Origin: Chloroflexota bacterium
Lineage (GTDB): Bacteria; Chloroflexota; UBA11872; VXOZ01
Direction: 5' to 3'
DNA length: 64,000 nt
Assembly: GCA_965221905.1 (NCBI GenBank)
Contig: OZ244922.1
Location: 480,001 to 544,000 of the forward strand
A program made the translations under genes and the position numbers. Shown piece after piece: positions 31,420 through 40,933 of this stretch. Position 1 is the stretch's first letter, and each line of letters begins with the position of its first letter. The notes beneath the pieces were generated by a model. It was given only the letters and a program-made list of their open reading frames with translations, was not told the origin of the DNA and did not search any database.

Positions 31420-32622
31420 ATGAAGATCACCCTTGACGATTACCGGTTCATCGGCGCCGAACTGGCGCGGTACATTGCGGCGCACGTACCCGGTCTCGAT
31501 GCGGCCGTGTACTGCAAGCATCATCTCGGCACGCTCACGCCGGGATTCAGCGACCACGATCTGCGAACCGTTGCTGCAGCGCCCGATGCTGATTCCTGGC
31601 TGGCGCTGAGCCGGGCGGGCGGTGAATCGTACGTGGAACTGCTTGAACAGGCGCCCCACTACGCCCGCATCTTGGAGCATCCCCCCGGCTTCATTTGCTC
31701 GCCGGACGAGGCGCAGCAGCTCTTGCCGCTCATGGGCGAGGTCCGCGATTGGCAGCGGATCGGCGGCGTGGCGAATGCGCTGGATGAGGTGCTGGCAAAT
31801 CAGCCTCCTCAGCTTACTCCGGCCCAGCAGCTTGAGGCGTGCGGAAAGTACAAGATGTTCCTGGTACCGCGACCGGAACAGTTCGACCCGCCCATCAATC
31901 TGCTGCCGGAATACTTGCCATATTATCCAGTCTACGGCGCGCTGTCGCACTGGTTCTTGCCGGCGGCAAAGTTGGCGTGCGGCCTGCTGCGCGGTGCGTG
32001 GGTCCCAACGAAACCGGCGGCGTTGCCGGTATTGCCGGATGTAATAGGCCCTCAGCCATTGATCGAGAGGCTAAACGAAATCGTCAATGCTGGATACCGT
32101 GTGCGGATGACCGACGACGAGTGTGCCGCCATGGCAGACGAGCTTTTGGCAGTGGTCTACGAGCTGCGCGACAAGGTGGCGGCATACTGTCAGCAACTGC
32201 CCCAGCCTTGGCCCGCGCAGGCGGCGCGACAGCAGCGGTTGCGGAATGCGCTGCAGGCTCTTGCAGGAATACGCGGACGCTACGGCATTGCCGTGTTCTT
32301 CCGTCACGCCTCGCCCGATCTCTTCGACGGCCAGTGGCTGCGCATGCACCTCGGCGAAGAAATAGAAGCGCTGAGTACGCAGTTCTTCAAGGCTCTGATG
32401 GATGACAAGAGTGCCGATGATGGACCCATTATCGAGAAGCTCGGTAGCGTGCTGGATGCTTCTGCTGTGCGCACTGTCAGCGGCCTATACGACGCGATTA
32501 CGCCTCATGACGACATGAGCGATGCTCGGCTCGATGCATTGATGGCGGTCTGGCCCGAGTACGCCGCGCTGGTGGAAGAGGAATACCAGGCAAAGATCGC
32601 CCCGCTATGGCACGAGGCGTGA
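31420..32622 (+). CDS. hypothetical protein, possible nucleotidyltransferase-fold N-terminus
   Basis: Long ORF; GTLTPGFSDHDL resembles the G..SDxD motif of the Pol-beta-like superfamily. Confidence 0.6.
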   Translation: MKITLDDYRFIGAELARYIAAHVPGLDAAVYCKHHLGTLTPGFSDHDLRTVAAAPDADSWLALSRAGGESYVELLEQAPHYARILEHPPGFICSPDEAQQLLPLMGEVRDWQRIGGVANALDEVLANQPPQLTPAQQLEACGKYKMFLVPRPEQFDPPINLLPEYLPYYPVYGALSHWFLPAAKLACGLLRGAWVPTKPAALPVLPDVIGPQPLIERLNEIVNAGYRVRMTDDECAAMADELLAVVYELRDKVAAYCQQLPQPWPAQAARQQRLRNALQALAGIRGRYGIAVFFRHASPDLFDGQWLRMHLGEEIEALSTQFFKALMDDKSADDGPIIEKLGSVLDASAVRTVSGLYDAITPHDDMSDARLDALMAVWPEYAALVEEEYQAKIAPLWHEA

Positions 32623-32683
32623 GCCAAGACAGCAGAAATCATCTCTTGCCCTTCCGCGAGGTCATGCCACCTGCCATTGTTGC

Positions 32684-34957
32684 TCAGGAAACTGGCGGGT
32701 AAGAGGCTTTCTCACCGGTAGCGCAGGTTTGCAACCTGCGTCCGCCGCCGACATGCCCACGCACGGGAACCCACTTTGTCTGCGGCCCTAGACCCTCACT
32801 TAGAAAAGAGCCGAATTGCCTATCCCGTCTATTAGGGAGCGAAGAAACGATAAATTCAAGCAGGCAGCTCAATTGCGAGATGATTGCATTGCCAAGAGGC
32901 GGGGGACAAGCCCCCGCGCTACTTTTGGACAATCGGTGTGGGAGCGAGCTGGCGAGGACAAAAGCGGAGATAGCATTCTCCTTGGTAGCGCAGGTTTGCA
33001 ACCTGCGTCCGCCGCCGACATGCCCACGCACGGGAACCCACTTTCCCTGCATGTCTAGATTCCCGCTCCGTACCGAATACGGGACAGGCTTTGCGCGGAA
33101 GTGACGCTGCCCCTCCGGCTCCCAATTGAAGTCTGCCCGCCGGTTGGAGGCGAGCGAGAAGAACGGCAGTTCGGGTTCAGCACCTTTGTGCCACCAGAGA
33201 AAGCCATCCCACTTGTAGGTAGTCCAGCCGTGCTCGACCGGCCCCGGCACGAGGGTGGACAGGTGGTTGTTGCGGAGCACGAGACCGCAGAAGCGATAGA
33301 GGCCCAGGGGCAGCATCTCCTCAATCCAGTCCGGGCCGATCTTAACCTTGTCGGCGTTTGCTCCGGCAACGACTCTCAGGCAGTCAAGGGCGCCGTCTCG
33401 CCAGGCGTCGTGGATTTCCAGTACGCTTTGCGGCACGCCCGCGCGTGCGACGTGCGAATCGGTATCGGCATCCAGCATCACCCACTTTTCGTGCACAGTG
33501 CTCCAAATCTCCGCCACGAAGTGGCCGTTGTCGTGAAGAGTCGGCTCGGCGGACATCACCCAAAGGCGCGCCGGCCAGCCGAGGGCCAGAGCGCACTGCG
33601 CCATTACCACGGCGTAGTGCGTGCAATAGGCATCGGGTTGCGGCTGACCGTGGCCCCTATCGGCGCGCATCCACGCGAGAATTGTCAGCGCGTCCCACGG
33701 GCAACAGCGCCGAAATTCATGCGGCGCCCGGTGCACCCATTGCACCGCTACCCAGGCGCGCAGCGCCAGTATCTGCTCCCACTGCGTCTCTCCGCCCGCA
33801 ATGATCTCATCAAGCCGCTCCTGTTCGCGTAAAAGACCTAACTTCGGCTCTGCTGGGTCTTGGCGCGTAAAGACAAATGAAGGCGCTAGTCTATGCTGCG
33901 TTGCGGGGAGTCTGTGCACGTGTATTGGTCTTTTGTCACCTTTGTTATCGAAGATGGAAACGCTGCGGATCACTGGCGTCTCACCGCCGGTGACGGTAGT
34001 AAGTTCGGCTTGCCACTGCACATATGGGCCGACCGTAAGCGATGATTCCGCCACCGAGAGTCCGTCATTCCCGCGAAAGCGGGAATCCATGTCTTCACTT
34101 AGCGCCACAACGCTGGAGCTTAATGCACTCCAGGCAGTACCTTCGAGCTCCGGTGATTTGCTGCTACGGCAACGCAATACCACCCCGTTGCCTGGTGATG
34201 TTTCTGCATGCCACTGGATGCTGATTGGCAAAGTCGCAGGGCCGTCTTCAGCATCGCCTGCAAGGATGGCGGCACGAGGTTCGCTATAGGCGCTCGTAGC
34301 AGGGCGTGTGTTCGCATCATGCATCGCTTGCTCAAGATTGATAACCGGCCCGGTGAGCAAGCCCTGCGCCGGATGTTCCCGCACGCGCAGGCGTACCACA
34401 TACTCGCCGCACAACGCGCCTTCCAGGCCGAGGCCCGTTGCGCTCCATGACCGTCCACCGTCCGTGCTCTTGCGGCTGTGTTTGTTGGGGACGCTTGTGT
34501 CTACTGCGAGAATCCAGGCCTGGGCGGCAGGACTTTCACAGGCAAAGCGAATGCTGTTTTGCCCCGGAAGCAGCCACGCTGCCGGAATCCTCACGTGGTA
34601 CCAGGCAAATTCGCCGGCCAAAGGCGTGCCGGGTTCCACGGCTTGGGTATGACCGTTGACCGTGACCAGCAGCGGCCAGCGATTGTCCTGCTCCTCGCGG
34701 GCAAAGAAGTAGCAGTCAGCCCACTGGGGGAGAGTCTGTCCCAGCGCAAAGCACACTTGGGCTTGGACGTGTTGAAATAGCTCCTCACCGTGTTGCGTGG
34801 AGAACGCTCCCGGCTCATGAGTGATCAAGTGGCTGGCGGCGAGACGCACCGCGCCCATGTAATCGATTGCAATGCCGCCGTCTCGCGCGCACGTTTCCCA
34901 ATCAGCCGGTTCGGACCAAATCAGCATGAGAATCGACCTCTCGAATGCATTACTCAA
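32684..34957 (-). CDS. transglutaminase-like domain protein; last ~140 codons are repeat-derived read-through
   Basis: YCTHYA / GHFVAEIW / WVMLDAD Cys-His-Asp triad; sequence after ~33106 translates REP copies. Confidence 0.75.
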   Translation of the reverse strand: MSNAFERSILMLIWSEPADWETCARDGGIAIDYMGAVRLAASHLITHEPGAFSTQHGEELFQHVQAQVCFALGQTLPQWADCYFFAREEQDNRWPLLVTVNGHTQAVEPGTPLAGEFAWYHVRIPAAWLLPGQNSIRFACESPAAQAWILAVDTSVPNKHSRKSTDGGRSWSATGLGLEGALCGEYVVRLRVREHPAQGLLTGPVINLEQAMHDANTRPATSAYSEPRAAILAGDAEDGPATLPISIQWHAETSPGNGVVLRCRSSKSPELEGTAWSALSSSVVALSEDMDSRFRGNDGLSVAESSLTVGPYVQWQAELTTVTGGETPVIRSVSIFDNKGDKRPIHVHRLPATQHRLAPSFVFTRQDPAEPKLGLLREQERLDEIIAGGETQWEQILALRAWVAVQWVHRAPHEFRRCCPWDALTILAWMRADRGHGQPQPDAYCTHYAVVMAQCALALGWPARLWVMSAEPTLHDNGHFVAEIWSTVHEKWVMLDADTDSHVARAGVPQSVLEIHDAWRDGALDCLRVVAGANADKVKIGPDWIEEMLPLGLYRFCGLVLRNNHLSTLVPGPVEHGWTTYKWDGFLWWHKGAEPELPFFSLASNRRADFNWEPEGQRHFRAKPVPYSVRSGNLDMQGKWVPVRGHVGGGRRLQTCATKENAISAFVLASSLPHRLSKSSAGACPPPLGNAIISQLSCLLEFIVSSLPNRRDRQFGSFLSEGLGPQTKWVPVRGHVGGGRRLQTCATGEKASYPPVS
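32717..33044. repeat. 61-bp exact direct repeat (32717-32777 and 32984-33044) starting with a GTAG-type REP
   Basis: GGTAGCGCAGGTTTGCAACCTGCGTCCGCCGCCGACATGCCCACGCACGGGAACCCACTTT occurs twice. Confidence 0.9.
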
Positions 34958-35285
34958 CCTAGTCTAACTGGCACTAGCACTGTAGGCGAATTGAGTGAGG
35001 CCCTTCGGTGCGGCACCCCTAGGCACTACTAGCCCGTTAACGCTCTTAATTTGAGACTTTACTCGTCTCTGAAGTTAAGGCGCGCCTAGGCAGTGGGCAG
35101 AAACAGAGTGAAAAGAACATACCCATAGCGAACGTGTCTGCATTAGAAAGTGCAGCCGCCTCTGGCTTGCTCAATCATATAGTTTGTGCCCTCCATGAAG
35201 ATGGATTCCCGCTTGCGCAGGATTGTAAATGTTGAATAATTCGTTGACAGAATTCGCTTTCCACCAGGCAGCGTTGACCGGTTAT

Positions 35286-35409
35286 GTCATTCCGAGCGGG
35301 CAGCGGCCCCGTGCAAAACACGGGGAGGAACTGGACTCCATGTCGCACCAAGTCCAATAGGCTCAGCACTCTAGATTCCTCCCTGCGCTGCGCTCCGCTC
35401 GGAATGACA
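35286..35409. repeat. Inverted doublet of GTCATTCCGAGCG..GAGGAATCT-type repeats
   Basis: Same family forms a doublet at ~40681-40783 and a single copy at ~48484-48510. Confidence 0.75.
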
Positions 35410-35626
35410 TTTGTACAAGGCATGCACAACGCTTCGCTAATCTTCTCTTTATTGAATATCTCTCAACGAATTACCTGACACCTACAGGAATGACGACAAA
35501 TCGCTCGCTCGGCAGGTACAATTCCTCGTTCGCAGGCGTACTTGATTTAGAGGCACTTTGCTTGTAATGCCAGTCAATGAACGAGTACAGTACAAGTGTG
35601 CAAATATGAACTGAGGAGCAATCACC

Positions 35627-36949
35627 ATGGCGGTAGCGGCAATTGCAGAAGTGGGAGAGGCCATTGCAACGCAGCCTGTCATCGATACGCACGAGCACAC
35701 GTTTTCCGAGGACAACCGGCGGCAACGGCCGCTCGATCTTCTTTCCTCTGAAATGCATCACTACGTAGGCAGCGACCTGGTTTCCGCCGGTTTGACACCG
35801 GCCGAACAGGCGCAGATGTACGACCAAGACCGGGATCTCGCCGACCGCTGGGAAATCTTCTTGCGCTACTGGCGCTATGCGCGGACGACGGGCTACGGCA
35901 AAGCATTGCATATTGCCTGTCGCGATCTCTTTGGAGTGGACGATCTCATGTCGGCGGGGCCGTCGCTTGACGGCTATCGGCGTGTTAATGAGCAATTGAC
36001 AGCTTCGAAACAGCATGAAGCATGGTACCGGCACATCCTACGCGAGCGCGGGAACATCGTGCTGGCAATCCCCGACGTGCAGTCCACGCAGGTGGACAAG
36101 ACGCTGTTTGCGCCGGCCATGCGCTTCGACTCTTTTATAACTGCGGGAAGCCGTGCCGGTGTTTCGGCGTTGGAGCGCCAGACCGGCCGAAGCATCTACG
36201 ATCTCGACGACCATGTGTCTGCCTTGGGCGTTGCCTTTGCCAAGGCCAAGGAAGAAGGCATGGTAACCGTGAAGAGCGGGCTGGCCTACCGGCGCATTTT
36301 GAGCTACGACAACGTGCCGCGCTCTGCCGCGGAGCAACTCTTCGCGCAAGTAGTCGCTGGCACCAGGGCGCAGGGCGGCGGCATGACCCAAGACGGTTTA
36401 TCCTTTACGGAATGCAAGCCGCTGCAGGACTACATGATGCACCAGGTGGTGCGACTCTGTATCGAGAACCGCATTCCTATGCAGATTCACACTGGCCTGC
36501 ATGCGGGCAACGGCAACATCATCACGAATAGCAACCCGACGCACTTGGTGAACCTCTTCATCCAGTATCCGCAGGCGCGTTTCGACATCTTCCACGCCGG
36601 CTACCCGTACCAGAGCGAACTCGCCACGCTCGCAAAGAATTTCCAGAACGTCTACGTCGACCTCTGCTGGGTGCACATCATCAGCCCGTACGTGGCGCGG
36701 GCGACGTTGCACGAATGGCTGGAGACCATACCCCACAACAAGATCTTTGGCTTTGGGGGCGACTACGGTCCTGTCGAACTGGCGTACGGACACAGTGTGA
36801 TGGCGCGGGAAAACGTCGCCCGGGTGCTGAGCGAAAAGGTGGAGGAAGGGCTCTATTCTGTAGACCAAGCCATAATCGTTGGCGCCCGGCTGCTCCACGA
36901 CAATGCCAATGAATTCTTCGGGCTTGGGAAAGAGAATCTCATCTCGTGA
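35627..36949 (+). CDS. amidohydrolase family protein
   Basis: IDTHEH, K.GLAY.R, QIHTG, FHAGYP, VDLCW, FGGD. Confidence 0.88.
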   Translation: MAVAAIAEVGEAIATQPVIDTHEHTFSEDNRRQRPLDLLSSEMHHYVGSDLVSAGLTPAEQAQMYDQDRDLADRWEIFLRYWRYARTTGYGKALHIACRDLFGVDDLMSAGPSLDGYRRVNEQLTASKQHEAWYRHILRERGNIVLAIPDVQSTQVDKTLFAPAMRFDSFITAGSRAGVSALERQTGRSIYDLDDHVSALGVAFAKAKEEGMVTVKSGLAYRRILSYDNVPRSAAEQLFAQVVAGTRAQGGGMTQDGLSFTECKPLQDYMMHQVVRLCIENRIPMQIHTGLHAGNGNIITNSNPTHLVNLFIQYPQARFDIFHAGYPYQSELATLAKNFQNVYVDLCWVHIISPYVARATLHEWLETIPHNKIFGFGGDYGPVELAYGHSVMARENVARVLSEKVEEGLYSVDQAIIVGARLLHDNANEFFGLGKENLIS

Positions 36950-37222
36950 ACAGGTACGGACGTGGCGGGGGAAAAGCCCCAGCGCTACTGAGGGGGTGTG
37001 TGAAAAGGGTGCCCGTTCATCCTTCGACAGGCTCAGGACGAACGGGGTAGAAGCAAAATTCGTCGGAAAAGCCACAATCCGTTCGTGGTGAGCTTGTCGA
37101 ACTATGAACGGACAGTGCGGCTGGGAGCTTCACACACCTTCTTAGGAAAAGCGCTTGCGCGTGTACCGGTCCGACTTTCACAAATATGAACATGGTTTTT
37201 GCTACAACGTGAGAGGTCATCT

Positions 37223-38764
37223 GTGAACGAACAAAGCACCAACGGCAATAGCGGCGACTCTAGCCAGAAGCAACCGAATGTGCTTTTCCTCATGGCCGAC
37301 CAGATGCGGTGGGACGTGCTCAGTTGCGCGGGCCATCCGATTTGTAAGACTCCCGTGCTCGACGGCATGGCGGCACGAGGCGTGCACTTTGCTAACTTCT
37401 ACACCGCGGCCCCGACTTGTACCCCCGCCCGCTACTCGATCTTCAGTGGGCGGCACGTCCACGTCCATAACGGCTGGAGCAACGGCTGGCCCACGCAGGA
37501 TGGTGAGGTTTTTCTCCCCTCCATTCTACAGCACTACGGCTACGCGACGGCTATCGCCGGAAAACTGCACTTCGCGCCAAAGGAATATTCATTCGGCTTT
37601 GACGATTTTCGTTCGTTTCGCGCCGAGGGTCCGACACCGGAAAGAGGCTACGACGCCTATATGACGGGGAAGTACGGCGAGTACACGCGCGATAGGATCG
37701 AAGAAGGCACGGGGGGTAGAGGGGTGGGGCGATTCGCCGATCCGCCGGAAGATTACGATACGAGTTGGATTACGACTCAGACCCTTGAGGCTCTGGACGT
37801 GCTCGAAGAGAGTGGAAAGCCGTGGTTTCTCTTTTCCAGCTACCATGATCCCCATTCCCCCTTCGTCGAGCCCGAGCCGTATTTCTCTATGTACGATCGG
37901 GAATCCATCCCGCTGCGTAAGATTCCGCCCGAAATACGCAGGCTGCGCAGGGACGCGCGCGGCACACAGGAACGTGCCCACGTGATCGATGATCCGGAAG
38001 TAGTGCAAGCGGTTACGGCGATGTACTATGCAGCCACCACGCACGTGGACCACGATATCGGCATCCTCATGGCTGCACTTGAGGAACGCGGCCTGGCAGA
38101 CAACACAATCGTGCTCTTCCTCTCCGACCATGGCGACATGATGGGTGATCGCGGTCGGATGAATAAACAGGTGATGTACGAAGGCGCGGCGCACGTGCCG
38201 CTCGTTGTGCAGGTCCCAAAGTCCATCCACCCGGCACTGAATCCGGGTCGTGTGGTTGACGAGATCACCGGCCACGTGGACATTGTGCCTACCGTGCTCG
38301 AGCTTTGCAGCCTTCCCATCCCACAGGGCGTGCAGGGCAAGAGCCTCGTGCCATTGTGTGCCGGCAACGCCGCAGGCTGGCCCAATGAGGCGTTCTCATC
38401 GGTGCGGGCTGCGCCGTTCGTGCGCCAGGAAGCGTATATGGTTGGCAAGAAGCGTATGTTGCGCACGCCTGAGTACAAATTGATAGACTACGGCGCGGAC
38501 TTCCGCACGCGGTGGGCGCTCTACGACATGGCTGAGGACCCTACAGAGATGCACAACCTGGCTGACGATCCTGCGCACAGCTCCGTTCTGAGTGCGCTGG
38601 CGGCGCGGCTTGATGAGTGGCAGGCCGAAACGCCCTCACCAGTAAAAGTGCCCGGCATGCCCACACCGAGCTACTCGTACATCCCCGCGGAACGCCGAGC
38701 GGAATTGGACGCGGCTAGGGAGGCGAACATGCGCCGTTCGGCGGCGCGGCGCTGGCCGCAGTAG
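37223..38764 (+). CDS. sulfatase (Cys-type, formylglycine-dependent)
   Basis: PNVLFLMADQ, CTPAR (CxPxR), GKLH, DPHSPF, SDHGDM; GTG start after GAGG. Confidence 0.93.
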   Translation: MNEQSTNGNSGDSSQKQPNVLFLMADQMRWDVLSCAGHPICKTPVLDGMAARGVHFANFYTAAPTCTPARYSIFSGRHVHVHNGWSNGWPTQDGEVFLPSILQHYGYATAIAGKLHFAPKEYSFGFDDFRSFRAEGPTPERGYDAYMTGKYGEYTRDRIEEGTGGRGVGRFADPPEDYDTSWITTQTLEALDVLEESGKPWFLFSSYHDPHSPFVEPEPYFSMYDRESIPLRKIPPEIRRLRRDARGTQERAHVIDDPEVVQAVTAMYYAATTHVDHDIGILMAALEERGLADNTIVLFLSDHGDMMGDRGRMNKQVMYEGAAHVPLVVQVPKSIHPALNPGRVVDEITGHVDIVPTVLELCSLPIPQGVQGKSLVPLCAGNAAGWPNEAFSSVRAAPFVRQEAYMVGKKRMLRTPEYKLIDYGADFRTRWALYDMAEDPTEMHNLADDPAHSSVLSALAARLDEWQAETPSPVKVPGMPTPSYSYIPAERRAELDAAREANMRRSAARRWPQ

Positions 38765-38918
38765 GCCGTCGAAGTCGCAGTAATTGGGTAGGAAAACGAA
38801 ATTCGGGGCGTAGTTTGAACTTTGACCGTACCCATATACAAGGCGGCTTGAGGATGCGCTTAGCTGTTCTGCGGACCATTAGCACGTCCCCATATTCGCC
38901 CCAACGAGGAGTCACAAC

Positions 38919-40499
38919 GTGAACAAGCAGGCTGGCAACGGCAATGACGAGAGTGGCGCCGCTGAGCGGCCGAACGTGCTCATGATCATGACGGACCAGA
39001 TGCGCTGGGACCTGCTCAGTTGCGGGGGCCATCCGATTTGCAGGACCCCGGTGCTCGACGGCATGGCCGAACGCGGCGTGCGCTTTGCCAATTTCTACAG
39101 CGCGGCGCCGATTTGCACGCCGGCGCGCTACTCGATTTTCAACGGCCGCCACGTCGACGTCCATGACGGCTGGTGGAACGGCCTCCCTACGCGGGATGGC
39201 GAGGTTTTTCTGCCGTCAATCCTGAAGCACTACGGCTATGCGACCGCTATTGCGGGCAAGCTGCATTTCGATCCAGTGGAAGACTCGTTCGGCTTCGATG
39301 ACTTCCGCACGTTTCGCGCCGAGGGACCGACGCCGGAAAGAGGGTACGAAGCGTACATGAAGGGGAAGTACGGCGAACTGAAGCGCGATAGAATCGAGGA
39401 AGGCACCTGCCCGTGGCCGGGCGATCCGCACGGGGGAGGTGTGGGGCGCTTCGCCGACCCGCCGGAAGACAACGATACAAGCTGGACTACGCGGCAGACT
39501 CTCGAGGCGCTTGACGTGCTGGAGCAAAGCGGCAAGCCGTGGTTCCTCTTTTCCAGCTACCATGACCCCCACTCGCCATTCGTCGAGCCTGAGCCGTACT
39601 ACTCGATGTATGATCGGGAGTCCATTCAATTACCCGCAATTCCACCTGACATTGGCAGGCTGCGCAGGGATGCGCGCGGCACGCAGGAAGTGGCGCACTT
39701 GATCGACGATCCGGAGATGCTGCGCGAGATTACGGCGATCTACTACGCGGCGACGACGCACGTGGATGATGACATCGGCATTGTCTTAGCTGAGCTTGAC
39801 AAGCGCGGCCTGACAGAGAACACAATCATCCTCTTCCTTTCCGATCACGGCGACATGATGGGCGACCACGGCCGCATGTTTAAACAGGTGATGCACGAAG
39901 GCGCGACGCACGTGCCGCTGATTGTGCAGGCGCCTGAGTCCATCCTTCCATCGCTGACACCCGGACGTGTGGTGGATGAGGTGACCGGGCACGTAGACAT
40001 TGTGCCAACTGTACTCGACCTCTGCGGCCTGCCGGTCCCGCAGGGCGTGCAGGGCAAGAGTCTGGCGCCATTGTGCGCCGGCAACAGCGCGGGTTGGCCG
40101 AATGAAGCGTTTTCGTGGATGCTCGGCGTGCCGTATACGCGGCAAGAGGCGTACATGCTTGGCAGGAAGCGCATGCTGCGGACGCCGGAGTATAAACTGA
40201 TTGATTACGGAGCCAACTTCCGTACGCGGTGGGAGCTCTATGATATGGCCGCGGACCCCGCGGAGATGCACAATCTGGCTGACGATCCTGCGTACAGCTC
40301 CGTTCTCCGCGCGCTGGCGGCGAGACTCGACGAGTGGGAAGCCGAGACACCTCCACTAGTCCAAGTCCCCGGTATGCCCACGCCAAGCTATTCCTACCTG
40401 ACTGCGGAGCGGCGGGCAGAGTTTACGGCGGCCTGGGATGCCGGTTTGCGCCGTCAGGCCGCATGGCGGTGGCCGACGACTTCATCGAAGTCGCAGTAG
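38919..40499 (+). CDS. sulfatase (Cys-type), tandem paralogue
   Basis: PNVLMIMTDQ, CTPAR, GKLH, SDHGDM; collinear with the upstream gene. Confidence 0.93.
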   Translation: MNKQAGNGNDESGAAERPNVLMIMTDQMRWDLLSCGGHPICRTPVLDGMAERGVRFANFYSAAPICTPARYSIFNGRHVDVHDGWWNGLPTRDGEVFLPSILKHYGYATAIAGKLHFDPVEDSFGFDDFRTFRAEGPTPERGYEAYMKGKYGELKRDRIEEGTCPWPGDPHGGGVGRFADPPEDNDTSWTTRQTLEALDVLEQSGKPWFLFSSYHDPHSPFVEPEPYYSMYDRESIQLPAIPPDIGRLRRDARGTQEVAHLIDDPEMLREITAIYYAATTHVDDDIGIVLAELDKRGLTENTIILFLSDHGDMMGDHGRMFKQVMHEGATHVPLIVQAPESILPSLTPGRVVDEVTGHVDIVPTVLDLCGLPVPQGVQGKSLAPLCAGNSAGWPNEAFSWMLGVPYTRQEAYMLGRKRMLRTPEYKLIDYGANFRTRWELYDMAADPAEMHNLADDPAYSSVLRALAARLDEWEAETPPLVQVPGMPTPSYSYLTAERRAEFTAAWDAGLRRQAAWRWPTTSSKSQ

Positions 40500-40933
40500 G
40501 CCGACAGGGCAATGAAACTCAACCAGTGGGATTGGACGATAGCGGCGCCGAGAAAAGAGGGAATTTGCAAACTTGTGTGCATTGCCTTGGTCTGACCCTC
40601 CTACATGTGTGCGGTAGGCCGCTGACAGTCTTGATGGAAGAAGATCGAGATGGCTTACACCTGGCCTGCCTTGTACACATGTCATTCCGAACGGAGCGCA
40701 GCGCAGAGAGGAATCTAGAGTGCTGAGCCTATTGGACTAGGTGCGACTTGGACTCTAGATTCCTCGCTACGCTCGGAATGACATAAAGGCTGCCCCTATG
40801 ACATAAAGGCTGTCCCGGAATAAAATAAAGTCTAATTTTGCTCAATCCGTAGTCTCATTCAATTTGGACATATATTAAGTACCATAGTCAAAACAACGGC
40901 CAAAGGGTGTCGTGTACCGTATGAGGAGACCAC

